The notes under the pieces were generated by a model. The model saw nothing but the letters and a program-made list of their open reading frames with translations, had not been told where the DNA came from and ran no database searches. From TPA_inf: Saccharomyces (Eukaryota), in the NCBI GenBank assembly GCA_000146045.2, contig BK006939.2:448001-512000 (forward strand): a stretch of 64,000 nucleotides of DNA, read 5' to 3'. This document shows, piece after piece, positions 20,370-31,300 of the stretch (the stretch's first letter is position 1; every line of letters begins with the position of its first letter). Both the position numbers and the translations under genes were made by a program.

Positions 20370-20816
20370 ATGTTGTCTAACGCTAAGCTCCTTCTATCAT
20401 TGGCCATGGCCTCTACGGCTCTCGGATTGGTATCTAATTCTAGTTCCTCTGTAATCGTGGTACCATCAAGCGATGCTACTATTGCCGGTAACGATACAGC
20501 CACGCCAGCACCAGAGCCATCATCCGCCGCTCCAATATTCTACAACTCGACTGCTACTGCAACACAGTACGAAGTTGTCAGTGAATTCACTACTTACTGC
20601 CCAGAACCAACGACTTTCGTAACGAATGGCGCTACATTCACTGTTACTGCCCCAACTACGTTAACAATTACCAACTGTCCTTGCACTATCGAGAAGCCTA
20701 CTTCAGAAACATCGGTTTCTTCTACACATGATGTGGAGACAAATTCTAATGCTGCTAACGCAAGAGCAATCCCAGGAGCCCTAGGTTTGGCTGGTGCAGT
20801 TATGATGCTTTTATGA
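20370..20816 (+). CDS. SPI1: GPI-anchored, Ser/Thr-rich cell-wall protein Spi1, 148 aa.
   Basis: The internal Met at 20370 ([19 protein letters not shown]) gives a signal peptide, an S/T-rich body and a C-terminal GPI signal ([13 protein letters not shown]). The ORF track starts 25 codons upstream. Confidence 0.85.
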   Translation: MLSNAKLLLSLAMASTALGLVSNSSSSVIVVPSSDATIAGNDTATPAPEPSSAAPIFYNSTATATQYEVVSEFTTYCPEPTTFVTNGATFTVTAPTTLTITNCPCTIEKPTSETSVSSTHDVETNSNAANARAIPGALGLAGAVMMLL

Positions 20817-21350
20817 TCGAATAGTCTTTAACTAGAGACTTATTTTAAACAGGACATGTGTTTTTTACTAATATTGTATTCTTCGATGTAGTCGTTATAG
20901 TTCTTTTTCTTCAAATCATTTAAATAAAGAAACTATTTTTTCTTTTTGTGTGTAGAATAATAAATGTAATTCTAGTTCTTCCTTTTTTTTTTTGGCTTTT
21001 TCACAGCTCATCTTTTTTACCCATTTGGTCATGATTATGTTGTTTGCCGTTGTGCAATAGGGAGTTTGTAAATCCTGAGATAAAGTATGGTGCTTCGAGG
21101 TTAGCACTTAATTGGCGTAAGCTGCTTAATGACAAAACCCTCCTTGGGCTTGGCGTATACGAAATATGCTCCTGCGAAGCGCAGTGGCAATATTGAGCAC
21201 TATGTTAACGATAACGTGTTGGACTCATCGTCTGTGCACATATGATTGAAATCGGGAATCCTCTGCTTTTTTTAGGTAAAATCAAACTTTGGCTAAATTT
21301 GGATGATTACTTAAAGTAAGAAATGAATCTTAAGAGATGTATGAGTTTTG

Positions 21351-21412
21351 TGATAATTGTTGTGATTCCATTGTTGCCAAAGGCCATAATATTTTGAAAT
21401 TCACATTCCTTC
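21351..21412 (-). repeat. Short delta (Ty1 LTR U5-end) remnant just upstream of tRNA-Val.
   Basis: TGAGTTTTGTGATAATTGTTGTGATTCCATTGTTGCCAAAGGCCATAATATT aligns to the LTR end TGAGAAATGGGTGAATGTTGAGATAATTGTTGGGATTCCATTGTTGATAAAGGCTATAATATT. Confidence 0.55.
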
Positions 21413-21426
21413 TACAAGGTATTTGT

Positions 21427-21500
21427 TTCTTAAATGTTCATCTCCAAGAAATAATTGGTTTCGTGGTCTAGTCGGTTATGGCATCTGCTTAACACGCAGA
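21427..21500 (+). tRNA. tV(AAC): tRNA-Val (anticodon AAC), 74 nt, no intron.
   Basis: GGTTTCGTGGTCTAGTCGGTTATGGCATCTGCTTAACACGCAGAACGTCCCCAGTTCGATCCTGGGCGAAATCA gives a cloverleaf with A box, B box GGTTCGATCC and anticodon loop CTTAACACG. A T6 terminator follows immediately. Confidence 0.95.
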
Positions 21501-21506
21501 ACGTCC
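21501..21506 (+). terminator. RNA polymerase III terminator (T6) of tRNA-Val.
   Basis: TTTTTT lies directly 3' of the tRNA. Confidence 0.8.
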
Positions 21507-21611
21507 CCAGTTCGATCCTGGGCGAAATCATTTTTTAAATATGCCAAGCATAAAGTGTAACTCTGTTTCTCTGTCTGTCTCTATTTCTTTTTTAAAATCG
21601 TGCTCACTATC

Positions 21612-21637
21612 GTATTGTATTGTATTGTATTGTATTA
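21612..21637. repeat. Pentanucleotide microsatellite (GTATT)5.
   Basis: GTATTGTATTGTATTGTATTGTATT lies between tRNA-Val and the UBP3 3' end. Confidence 0.9.
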
Positions 21638-21685
21638 TTGCTATATTATTTTTTATGTATTTTGTCTATAATACCACCCCCCGTC

Positions 21686-24424
21686 TTAATTTCTCTTTTG
21701 ATACATTAAAATATAGGCAGTCCTCGAATCAGAAGCTTCTTCGCCACCTTTCAAAACGTCATCGTCCTCTAGTTCGGTAATATTTACATCATCTATTCTA
21801 TACCATTTGTTGTGCTCGCTATGATAAACATCCGCTGTGTAATGACCGCCATCGGAACTTACCCCATGATGGTATATAACTCCGGTTAGCTTATATCTTC
21901 TATCATCAATCCCTGAGGTGTTGTTTTTCAATGTTATGGAAGACATTGATTCTTCAGGTATGATTAACTCGTGACCATATTTAATTTTTTTCCTGATCTT
22001 CTCAATACGTCCATTGTACGCGTTATAGTTCGTCATTGCGTTGTCTTTGTTCACATTATTTATGAATGAGAATCTTTTGAATTGGATTAAAAGAACTTGC
22101 GGCAATTTATCAATAAAAGTCTGCTTCTTGGCCTCGACATCATTCCCTGACGAGGACTTAAAGGGTAGCAATTCGTATTCACTAAATTTTTTGAATGCAG
22201 TTTCTAGATCATTCACACCAGCATCTGAAATGTCCAATTGAATTGTTTGGAACGGATCGAGTGTAATCGATTGAGATTCCTTATTGTTCGGTATATCTAA
22301 CACAGATCTGAACTGGCCACCGAAAAGTTTGGAGATTGGTGATGGAACAATCTCGACAGTCCTCTTGGCAGCGGTCTTAGTTTTCTTGCCTCTTTTGCTA
22401 GATCCGCTCACTTCATGCCAACCATTTTCTTCGGTAGAGTCATCATTGATCACGCCATATTTTTCTATCAACTCCTTCAGTCTAGGACTAGCATTTTTGA
22501 TAAACTCTGCTTTTCCATAACGTGACAAATTTCTAATAAAGAAAACTTTCAATTGTTCATCATTAATACTTTGCAGCATATTTTGAATTTCATTATCGGT
22601 TAAGCCATCAATTGCAGAAATTAATTCCTCGTGTAATTGGTCCAATAAGTGGGTCAAAAATTCTTCTGCGTCTTCCTGATGGCCCCATTGCAAGTCTTTG
22701 AACTTCGGTATAGTAGACAAAGTTTTGTAAAATTCGTCAGGTTTGACAGCATCGGCAGTGGCGCAGTGTTGGAAACTCTTGGATTTTGATGATTTTTTTG
22801 CATCACTTTCCGTGGTTTTTTCAGCATCATCAGCATTCTCTAGGAATTTTTTCTCATAGGTTTCCTTATCGAATTGCTTATACATAGTCAAACAAGCATC
22901 TAATAATTTACAGGATGATGTGCCGACTCTTGAATTGGTATTCCGTGTACTGAGAACGTTAATTACATCAATAAATGGCTTACAGTAGAGTAACACTTGT
23001 AACACAGAACTCATAAAACAAATGTTGGCTCTGTTAATTATGCCTCTTGGAATAATGGAATGGACTGGTATTTTGTTTTCAACATCTTTATTCCGTAAAA
23101 CGTAACTAATGAAATCGGGATCAAAACACATTCTTAACGCAATCGAACCCAGTGGCTCAATACCCTTTGTAGAAGGTGGAACGTATTTTTTATCCTTTTT
23201 CTGAGGCTGCTTGGACAACAGGGGAGAGCTGGATTTACCTATAGTCGCCGCAGCCATGTTTGTTGATGAAACGCCTGCGGTCGTACCAGAAATTGGTGTT
23301 TTAGTGACCATCGATCCGGAGACTGTTTTGTTACTAGCTTGTCTACTTTTAATCGCATCTGATGCTATGGCGGACCAGGATTTTGCTGCTGGAGGAGATG
23401 GTGAAGGTGAAGATGTCTTGGAAGTATTTTCTTCAACAGATTCCTCTGGTTCCTTCTTATCCACTACAGGTAAAACAGTAGCTTGAGGTTCCTGTATAAC
23501 TTTTTCGTTACGGTCTTGCTTAGCATCCTCTTTCTTTACTTCAGTTTTCTTTTTAAGCTCGTGCGCATCTTTGCTCGCATGTGGTTTTTTATCATGAGCA
23601 TCTTCTTCTTCCCCATGTGTTTCTGTCTTTACTTCCTCATTATGCTTTGGTATACTATGGCTTTTTGTGTGATGATGGGCAGAGCTCTTTTCTACAGATG
23701 AGTTCTCTAAGCTTTCAGAGTTTAGGTTCAAAGCCTTCATGTTTAATTCGTACCTTTGGACACTTGCCGCAGCAAATTCTGCTTCCGTAGTGTTTATGAA
23801 CAGTGGCAATTGAATCAAGTTTGATGAATTTTCCTTGAGATTCTTTAATTTAGTGACATCAAACTTGTATAAATCATACTGTGAAGAAGAGTTGTAGGAA
23901 GAGTACGATGGTGAAGTAGCCGAAGAACCGTTGCCGTTGGAAGAGTTGGTCTGTTTTTTCATGCCCGCATTGCTGCCACTGTTTGGAGAGGCCATCATGG
24001 GGATATGATTGTTAGAGTAATTGTGATGGTAGGTGTGGGATTTGTTGTAGCTCATGCCGCTACCGCTAGAGTTGGCGCCTTGATTACCGCTGCTTCCATT
24101 GTTATTGGTAATGCCATTAGAGTGCCACTTCTTCTTGTTAATGTTGTTGTTATTGGTAGTGCTTCCGCCGTTAATATTGTTTTGCGGAGGCAAGTGATGT
24201 GGGCTGCCACTTTGATGGTAGATTGGCTGGTTTTGGTTGACCATATTAAACGAATAGGCAGGTATTTGTGTGGGGTATAGATATGGGGCCTGAGTGTAGC
24301 CGTACATCTGCAAAGGCGCTTGATAAATAGGAATCTGCATATTGGTTGGCGTAGGTGGTGGTGGAGAAGAGGTTTTCGGGTACATCGAGTACGACTCTTC
24401 TTTGTTAGCGTCTTGCATGTTCAT
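21686..24424 (-). CDS. UBP3: Ubiquitin-specific protease Ubp3, 912 aa, with a low-complexity N/S/Q-rich N-terminus.
   Basis: The Met at 24424 (MNMQDANKEESYSMYPKTSSPPPP) gives 912 aa. The Cys box (GIINRANICFMSSVLQVL) and His box (YKLTGVIYHHGVSSDGGHYTADVY) are present. Confidence 0.9.
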   Translation of the reverse strand: MNMQDANKEESYSMYPKTSSPPPPTPTNMQIPIYQAPLQMYGYTQAPYLYPTQIPAYSFNMVNQNQPIYHQSGSPHHLPPQNNINGGSTTNNNNINKKKWHSNGITNNNGSSGNQGANSSGSGMSYNKSHTYHHNYSNNHIPMMASPNSGSNAGMKKQTNSSNGNGSSATSPSYSSYNSSSQYDLYKFDVTKLKNLKENSSNLIQLPLFINTTEAEFAAASVQRYELNMKALNLNSESLENSSVEKSSAHHHTKSHSIPKHNEEVKTETHGEEEDAHDKKPHASKDAHELKKKTEVKKEDAKQDRNEKVIQEPQATVLPVVDKKEPEESVEENTSKTSSPSPSPPAAKSWSAIASDAIKSRQASNKTVSGSMVTKTPISGTTAGVSSTNMAAATIGKSSSPLLSKQPQKKDKKYVPPSTKGIEPLGSIALRMCFDPDFISYVLRNKDVENKIPVHSIIPRGIINRANICFMSSVLQVLLYCKPFIDVINVLSTRNTNSRVGTSSCKLLDACLTMYKQFDKETYEKKFLENADDAEKTTESDAKKSSKSKSFQHCATADAVKPDEFYKTLSTIPKFKDLQWGHQEDAEEFLTHLLDQLHEELISAIDGLTDNEIQNMLQSINDEQLKVFFIRNLSRYGKAEFIKNASPRLKELIEKYGVINDDSTEENGWHEVSGSSKRGKKTKTAAKRTVEIVPSPISKLFGGQFRSVLDIPNNKESQSITLDPFQTIQLDISDAGVNDLETAFKKFSEYELLPFKSSSGNDVEAKKQTFIDKLPQVLLIQFKRFSFINNVNKDNAMTNYNAYNGRIEKIRKKIKYGHELIIPEESMSSITLKNNTSGIDDRRYKLTGVIYHHGVSSDGGHYTADVYHSEHNKWYRIDDVNITELEDDDVLKGGEEASDSRTAYILMYQKRN

Positions 24425-24656
24425 TTTTTTTAATGATGATGGAAAGGAAAGCGGTACCTGGATGATGGTAGCAGACGAGTCTGACTTACTATTAAAATGA
24501 CTTTCTTCTCTAGAAACACTTCTCTTCCCTTTCGCTTTTTCGCTGCTTGTTTGTTTTATCACATTATATTTTTTTCCTTCTTTTTCTTTTTCTTCCTTGC
24601 CTTTGCCCGTAGAAAAATTACCCTCTTATTACCGTTCACCTATATACGTATTCCTT

Positions 24657-25988
24657 CTACATAGTTATGTTATTGGTGATCGCATGAGATTTGCAAACAG
24701 CACCAAACAGCTCAATGCCCCTGTCGATATCATCAACTTCTAAGAAACTAATAGAAAGCCTAAAGCATGACTGACCCCAGTTTTTCTCATCGCCGATGAC
24801 CTCGAAATTGGAGCCGTCGGCAAGGATGACATTAAATTTCTTGGCAAGAATAGTGGATATCTCCATGGCATTGTACGCTGGTGGGAGAGTGATCCAAGTA
24901 AAATAGCCGCCCTTCAATGGCATAATCTCGGTTCCTAGGGGCATGTATTTCTTAAGCGCCGAGGTCAAGACAGTGGCCCTCTCGGAGTATACGGATCTCA
25001 GATGTGCAATGCATCTCTGGGCGGCACCACTACGCAGCATCTCACCCACGATCATGGAGTTCAGTTGTGAGGGAGTTCCGCCAGAGACGTTTGCACCACC
25101 TTTAGATAGCTGTCTGGCGAGATTCGCGTTGATTGACTCATGGTATCCAAATCTGAGCCCAGGGGCGATCAGCTTGGAGAAAGTTGCGTTGGACACTGTA
25201 TTCCCGAACGAGTCCTCACCGGAGGGCGCTGTACTTCTGTCTATGTGCACCATCCTTAGGGGCGGAGAGGGCAGCTCATCTGAGGGCGTCGTGTAATCTA
25301 GAATATCGTACACGTCATCAGTGATTATCAGCATGTCGTACTTCCGAGCGATGTCGATAAGTCTGCGTCTGGTCTCAAGCGAGTATGTGTTTCCCGATGG
25401 GTTTGCAAACGTCGGGATGCAGTACATAACGTACCTGTAGACCTTCTTGGTCAACTTTGGCCCCTGAATCATCTCTGTGGTACTATGGGGCTGCGGCTCC
25501 GCCTCGTGCTGCTCAAGGGCAGAAATCAACGACTCGAAATCAATCGAGTCGTGGCCCTGCTCGTTGATGGCGGTCATTTTCCCCTTGAATCCCGCATCTG
25601 TGAAGCAATTGTTGATCAAGAAATATGTTGGCGTGATGATGAACGCCTGCCTGGTATACCCGTTATGTGGCAAGGTTGTTTGCAGAAGGATGTTCAGCAT
25701 GCCATACGAAGCGCCGCTATTCAGATTCAAATAGTCTGCCCGTGTCCTGCTCCGAGCCCCATTTTCGAACTTAAACAGCTGATCATTCAGAAACGTACAA
25801 ATCTGCTCTCGCACCCACAGGGCACCTTCGTCCGAACCGTACGTCAGCGGATGCCTGTTATAGGGGTCGTTATCGTACTCCCTGGTCTCGGGCCCCAATA
25901 TAGCCGCAGTCGCTTGAATTACTGCTTCTCGAGGCAGCAACCTCGAGCTCGGATGGCCCTTGAAGAAATTGATTTCCTTGTATTTCAT
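24657..25988 (-). CDS. YER152C: PLP-dependent class I/II aminotransferase (2-aminoadipate transaminase-like), 443 aa.
   Basis: The 443-aa ORF has an aminotransferase fold signature (…FANPSGNTYS… and a Lys-containing region SKLIAPGLRFGY). Its position between UBP3 and PET122 fits. Confidence 0.8.
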   Translation of the reverse strand: MKYKEINFFKGHPSSRLLPREAVIQATAAILGPETREYDNDPYNRHPLTYGSDEGALWVREQICTFLNDQLFKFENGARSRTRADYLNLNSGASYGMLNILLQTTLPHNGYTRQAFIITPTYFLINNCFTDAGFKGKMTAINEQGHDSIDFESLISALEQHEAEPQPHSTTEMIQGPKLTKKVYRYVMYCIPTFANPSGNTYSLETRRRLIDIARKYDMLIITDDVYDILDYTTPSDELPSPPLRMVHIDRSTAPSGEDSFGNTVSNATFSKLIAPGLRFGYHESINANLARQLSKGGANVSGGTPSQLNSMIVGEMLRSGAAQRCIAHLRSVYSERATVLTSALKKYMPLGTEIMPLKGGYFTWITLPPAYNAMEISTILAKKFNVILADGSNFEVIGDEKNWGQSCFRLSISFLEVDDIDRGIELFGAVCKSHAITNNITM

Positions 25989-26040
25989 TACCGCTTGCTA
26001 GCACGCGTTGTTCCTTGTTACAGCGATGCTCCACCCAGAT

Positions 26041-26805
26041 TTATGTGTTGATTTCAAATCCTCTTCTCTTTATCACTAGTTCGGCATCCAGCAGCGGCAG
26101 CCCGCGATAACTTTGACGGAACTCCGCCAGCACACGTCGCGCCTGCGCTGGGCCGGGAACATGCCAAAGGACACCAGCCAGTAGTAGCGGTAGTGACCAT
26201 TCGTTCTTTATCACTAGGGGCTGTCGTCCAAACAACGCCAGGGCAGCTGCTTGCTCATCTTGCTGCATCAATGCTATGCCCATAGCCTTGGTCATTTGCG
26301 GGAAGTCGCGCAGCCTTAATGGCGGCTGCCCTGGTAGCGTATCCATCTCCTGCAAGAATACCTTCCACTTTTCCCTGAGCGCCGTGGAGTGCATTGTGCC
26401 ACGCGCAAACGCTTCGACTTTAATCCGTCTAAGCTCATACTCAATCAGTTCATCTTCTGGGCTGGTGCGACGATCGCGATTCATCGCCTGGTAGTGCTGG
26501 AGGAACTGCGCGGGTAAGAAGAGCCTGTCCTGGTACAATGCTACGCCAGCCATTTCACATAGCAGGCGGCCCTCTACTGGCAACCGGCGTGGCATCACAT
26601 GCTGATACCACATGTATGCTATAGTGTCGGCATGGGCAAGCGCAGCGGCTCGCGCTAGCATCGTGTGCAGCAGCTCCACATCCACGCTGGTCTGCTGCTG
26701 CTGACGCAGCAGCGCCAGTGCATCGGACATTTTCCCGTTTAAACTGCTTAACAGTATTCGCGACCGCACATCGGTGGTCACCAGTCTTTTCGTGATAGTC
26801 AACAT
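26041..26805 (-). CDS. PET122: Mitochondrial translational activator of COX3 mRNA, Pet122, 254 aa.
   Basis: A 254-aa ORF of the expected length, lying between YER152C and OXA1. I identified it by position and length with partial sequence recall. Confidence 0.75.
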   Translation of the reverse strand: MLTITKRLVTTDVRSRILLSSLNGKMSDALALLRQQQQTSVDVELLHTMLARAAALAHADTIAYMWYQHVMPRRLPVEGRLLCEMAGVALYQDRLFLPAQFLQHYQAMNRDRRTSPEDELIEYELRRIKVEAFARGTMHSTALREKWKVFLQEMDTLPGQPPLRLRDFPQMTKAMGIALMQQDEQAAALALFGRQPLVIKNEWSLPLLLAGVLWHVPGPAQARRVLAEFRQSYRGLPLLDAELVIKRRGFEINT

Positions 26806-27019
26806 GACGTGTTCCGTTCTTATGTTCGAGCTAATGCCTCGTCTGCTCTTCCACGTTCAGATGTTCCCTTGATTGCTCAAAACACTCTCAGCAGGCCGAG
26901 ATTTCGATTTTAGCCAGCAGTACGGAAGTAATCCGAGCCATGAAAAATTTAACCAGTGGCTCGCCCTCTATACGTATCTGTTCACGTACAAGCGGAGCCA
27001 CAGAATAACCTCCCCGACG

Positions 27020-28228
27020 ATGTTCAAACTCACCTCTCGACTCGTCACGTCAAGGTTTGCTGCCTCTTCCAGACTGGCCACCGCTCGAACCATAGTATTG
27101 CCCCGGCCCCATCCGTCATGGATCTCTTTTCAGGCCAAAAGATTTAATTCGACGGGCCCAAATGCCAACGATGTCTCGGAAATCCAAACCCAGTTGCCTT
27201 CCATCGATGAATTAACCTCTTCAGCTCCTTCTCTTTCCGCTTCTACTTCGGACCTTATCGCTAACACGACCCAAACAGTGGGCGAGTTGTCCTCCCATAT
27301 AGGGTACTTAAATAGCATTGGCCTGGCCCAAACCTGGTACTGGCCCTCGGACATTATCCAACACGTCTTGGAGGCCGTTCATGTTTACTCTGGGTTGCCT
27401 TGGTGGGGAACTATCGCGGCCACCACCATCCTCATTCGATGCCTGATGTTTCCCCTCTATGTCAAGTCCTCTGATACTGTTGCTAGAAATTCCCATATCA
27501 AGCCCGAGCTGGACGCCTTGAATAATAAGCTAATGTCCACTACAGATTTGCAACAAGGTCAGCTAGTCGCCATGCAAAGGAAAAAACTGCTCTCCTCGCA
27601 CGGCATTAAGAACAGATGGCTGGCCGCACCCATGCTACAAATTCCAATCGCCCTTGGGTTTTTCAACGCATTGAGACACATGGCTAACTACCCAGTAGAT
27701 GGGTTCGCTAATCAAGGTGTCGCTTGGTTTACAGACTTGACTCAAGCAGACCCTTACTTAGGTTTGCAAGTAATCACTGCCGCTGTGTTCATCTCATTTA
27801 CAAGGCTGGGGGGTGAGACTGGTGCTCAACAATTCAGTTCTCCCATGAAGCGTCTTTTCACTATTCTACCGATCATTTCTATACCGGCCACAATGAACTT
27901 ATCGTCCGCTGTGGTCCTCTACTTTGCCTTTAATGGTGCCTTCTCCGTCCTACAGACAATGATTTTGAGAAACAAATGGGTTCGTTCGAAACTGAAGATA
28001 ACAGAAGTAGCTAAACCAAGGACTCCTATCGCTGGCGCTTCCCCCACAGAGAACATGGGCATCTTCCAATCATTAAAACATAACATTCAAAAGGCAAGAG
28101 ATCAGGCGGAAAGAAGGCAATTGATGCAAGATAATGAGAAGAAGTTACAAGAAAGCTTCAAGGAGAAGAGGCAGAATTCCAAAATCAAAATTGTTCACAA
28201 ATCAAACTTCATTAATAACAAAAAATGA
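27020..28228 (+). CDS. OXA1: Mitochondrial inner-membrane insertase Oxa1 (YidC/Alb3 family), 402 aa.
   Basis: The Met at 27020 (MFKLTSRLVTSRFAASSRLATART, a presequence) gives 402 aa. It has a 5-TM YidC-like core and a basic C-terminal ribosome-binding tail. Confidence 0.9.
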   Translation: MFKLTSRLVTSRFAASSRLATARTIVLPRPHPSWISFQAKRFNSTGPNANDVSEIQTQLPSIDELTSSAPSLSASTSDLIANTTQTVGELSSHIGYLNSIGLAQTWYWPSDIIQHVLEAVHVYSGLPWWGTIAATTILIRCLMFPLYVKSSDTVARNSHIKPELDALNNKLMSTTDLQQGQLVAMQRKKLLSSHGIKNRWLAAPMLQIPIALGFFNALRHMANYPVDGFANQGVAWFTDLTQADPYLGLQVITAAVFISFTRLGGETGAQQFSSPMKRLFTILPIISIPATMNLSSAVVLYFAFNGAFSVLQTMILRNKWVRSKLKITEVAKPRTPIAGASPTENMGIFQSLKHNIQKARDQAERRQLMQDNEKKLQESFKEKRQNSKIKIVHKSNFINNKK

Positions 28229-28344
28229 ATAAAGGCTCTATATCTCTCTGTAAATATAAAAATATAAAACTCAAACCCTCGATAGGCGGGACCAAATTTT
28301 TTCTCTCTCAGCAGTGGATTGTATACATTTACCACGAAAATTGT

Positions 28345-31300
28345 TTATTGCTTGAAATAATCATTTGGATTCTTAATAAAATCTTGCAGGATTGTCTGAA
28401 CTGCACCTAATCTGGACCCCATGCTGTTGGCTAAGTCTTCTTGGTTTATAAAACTCATGGAAAATACAATAGCCAAGTTTGATGCGTCCATTTTATTATT
28501 TACAACATGCTGATGTACTTTATTCAAATGAAATACAATTCTTTTCAAAGTTTGGTAATAGCATGTAGGTAACTTTTGGAGTAACTCATTCATCATTCTC
28601 TTGTATTCTTCATTTACCATTGCATGTGCTTTATACTTAATCGCCAAATCGGTAAAGTCGTTCACCATAGCATGAGAAAATAAAGAATCTGGTAACTCTC
28701 TTAAATACATCTTAAAACAGCCTGCGATCGCATTCACTTCAAACCATCTATCGTCCTCTAATGTAAAGGAATTATCTGTTGCACCTTCTTCGTCAAATGC
28801 GTTCTTTAGTGCATTTATACTGCCGATGGAACCAGGAATTCTGTACAATCCCACTTCATCTAGCCCACGCAGCTCAATCTCTTCCAGCAATTTCACAACA
28901 ATTGTAGGTATCAAGGTATTCTCTCTTTCACAAACGTCTTCTAATGGTACCCCAAATATCTTATTATGAGTTTTACCTTTATATTTTTTCGAATGGAATG
29001 AAAATCTCTTGGAAGCCTTGATCATTTTTATCCATTCTGTGAGGTCACTAGAACTAGCCGTTTGAATCAGATATTCATGGCCATTTTGCATAACTATCTT
29101 GAACGCATAGTAGTAAGCCGGAATGTTTCTGTGATTGATTATTTCCATTATTGACTTGATTTCAAAGGTCTTCAAACTATAACTAGGTTTTAAGTCGTGT
29201 AGTTGCATGGAATCAACCTCTGGAAGTATACTTGGTAGAATGGATTTGTTACTTGAAACTTCTTGCGATAATATACTGTTGAGTGAATAATTAGAACTGG
29301 ATGTGTTGAATCCACCGATTGAAAATGGTCTTCTGAAAAATCCACCTATTTTTTTACTAACACCATTATGGCTGGAATTTGACACTACTGATGATCTATT
29401 TGTGGAAAAGGAGGCCCTTGAATCTCTTCTATTCCTTGCTGAATTATTGCTTTCCATAACACTACCTAGAGAAGGCGTTTGACCGGTGTTCTTATTGATA
29501 TTATAGCTATGATCGTTGTCACTATGAGTACCTGAGATAATAACAGACTTCCTATTCTTTTTCGGAACGGCCTGATGTAAAGCAGCAGAGTTCTTCAAGA
29601 TCTTTTCTTGATCGAGTAAAACCTCTAATTTTCTGGCTTCCCTCTTTATTTTTTCAATTTCATTGACTAGTATTTCATTAAATACTCCCTGCTCTTGAAA
29701 TCTCTCCGATATGGCTTCTGATTCTGATACTTTTTTAGTCTTCTTTCTGTATACTTTATTAACATCTTCAAAATTATTGAACAGAATGCGGCCAAATGTA
29801 GTTCTTTTCGAAGGATTTTCGTCACTCATTTCAATATCAAGTGGAAACTCCCTTTCGTTCGGAATTAAATCCAAGACATTAGATATTATGTTGTTAACAA
29901 ATCTCCTTTTGTCAAAATTAATAAGTTTCGAATTAGTGATACTCATGTTAGGGACAAACTGAGATATTTCTAGTAACCTTGAAATGAACCAACCAGGGCA
30001 GGGGCATAAATTCTTGCAGTTTTTGCTGAATACATCATCAATCTCAATGAATCTCTTTATATGTATGTCATCTATCTTCTCTAAAACGTTACTAATCGAT
30101 CTTAGATTTTGGGTTCCTTTAGTAGGGTCCGAAAGTTTTTCAGAAGCTTTGATCCACGAAAGTTCATAGTTTCTAGACTCTGGTGATATTATGGCATGCG
30201 CAATAGCAGTTTCAATAAAAGCTGGAATGTGTGGACAAATAGCATGAGGACTTTCATCCTCCTCTGAATCAAATAAATCCAAACTTCCGTTTTTCCAGCG
30301 GATGTAGTTCAAAATTTGTAATATAACTTTACAAGTAGTTAACCTTTCACTACTGCTTTTGTTGACGTTTGAAATTTCCATCACGAAAAACGTAGTTAGA
30401 CTCGTGTGTAACTTTATTAACAATTTTATAGATTGTGGTAGTTTTTCAAAAAAAAGACTCTCCGTACCATTATCATCCTTAAGAATCAATGTAGAAATCC
30501 AAGTAAAAAGATTGGAAATTTCAAACTCGTGCAATTGCAAATATCCGGGGTTTATCAATTTGCTTGACTTAAAATGTAGCGGATAATTGAAAAAAGAGAC
30601 CAGAGATTCCTTTGAAAGCAATTCCAACTCCTGGAAAAGAACTATCCAATCTTTCTTAGAAACTAAATTGAACTTCTTAGAAATAAAGTTATCTAACTGG
30701 TAGATCCATTCTAGTATATCTTCGTAATTGGTTGAGTGTAACTTTTGAAAAGATCTAATCATGTCATCGCTAAAGGAAGGATCATCAATGATGTTGTTAA
30801 GATCTGTAAAAGAGAATGTGTTAAAGGAATTCAAAATGTCAGTTATTCTCTTCTGAGTTCTATTGACACCAATAGGTCTGTATAGTTGCTTTTGGTATGC
30901 TGATTTAATACCATGAAATAGATCAGTTAACGTAGTCAACAAATTTTCTGTTTCAATCACAAAATTTTCTGGTAGGCTTTTTTGTAACTTTGAGTTTGCA
31001 ATTCGCGTAGGCCATTCAGTGGATACTTCTTGTTCCATTATTTTTATAATATCCAATAGAGTAGAGTTGTTACATAAATCGTCAGTAAAGTCAGAGTAAT
31101 GATTTTTCACTAAATGTAGTATAGCTTCCGCGGCGCCGATTTGGATTTTTGCCATATAAATAAGGTTTATGTTTTCATCGTCAGTTACTTTCATATCCCA
31201 AACAGGAAAATTTTGGTCGTATAATGAAGAGGACACTAAATTTGTATCCTCATTTATCTTCATTTTAGAATCATCACTGCGATCTAAAATCTTGGAAATT

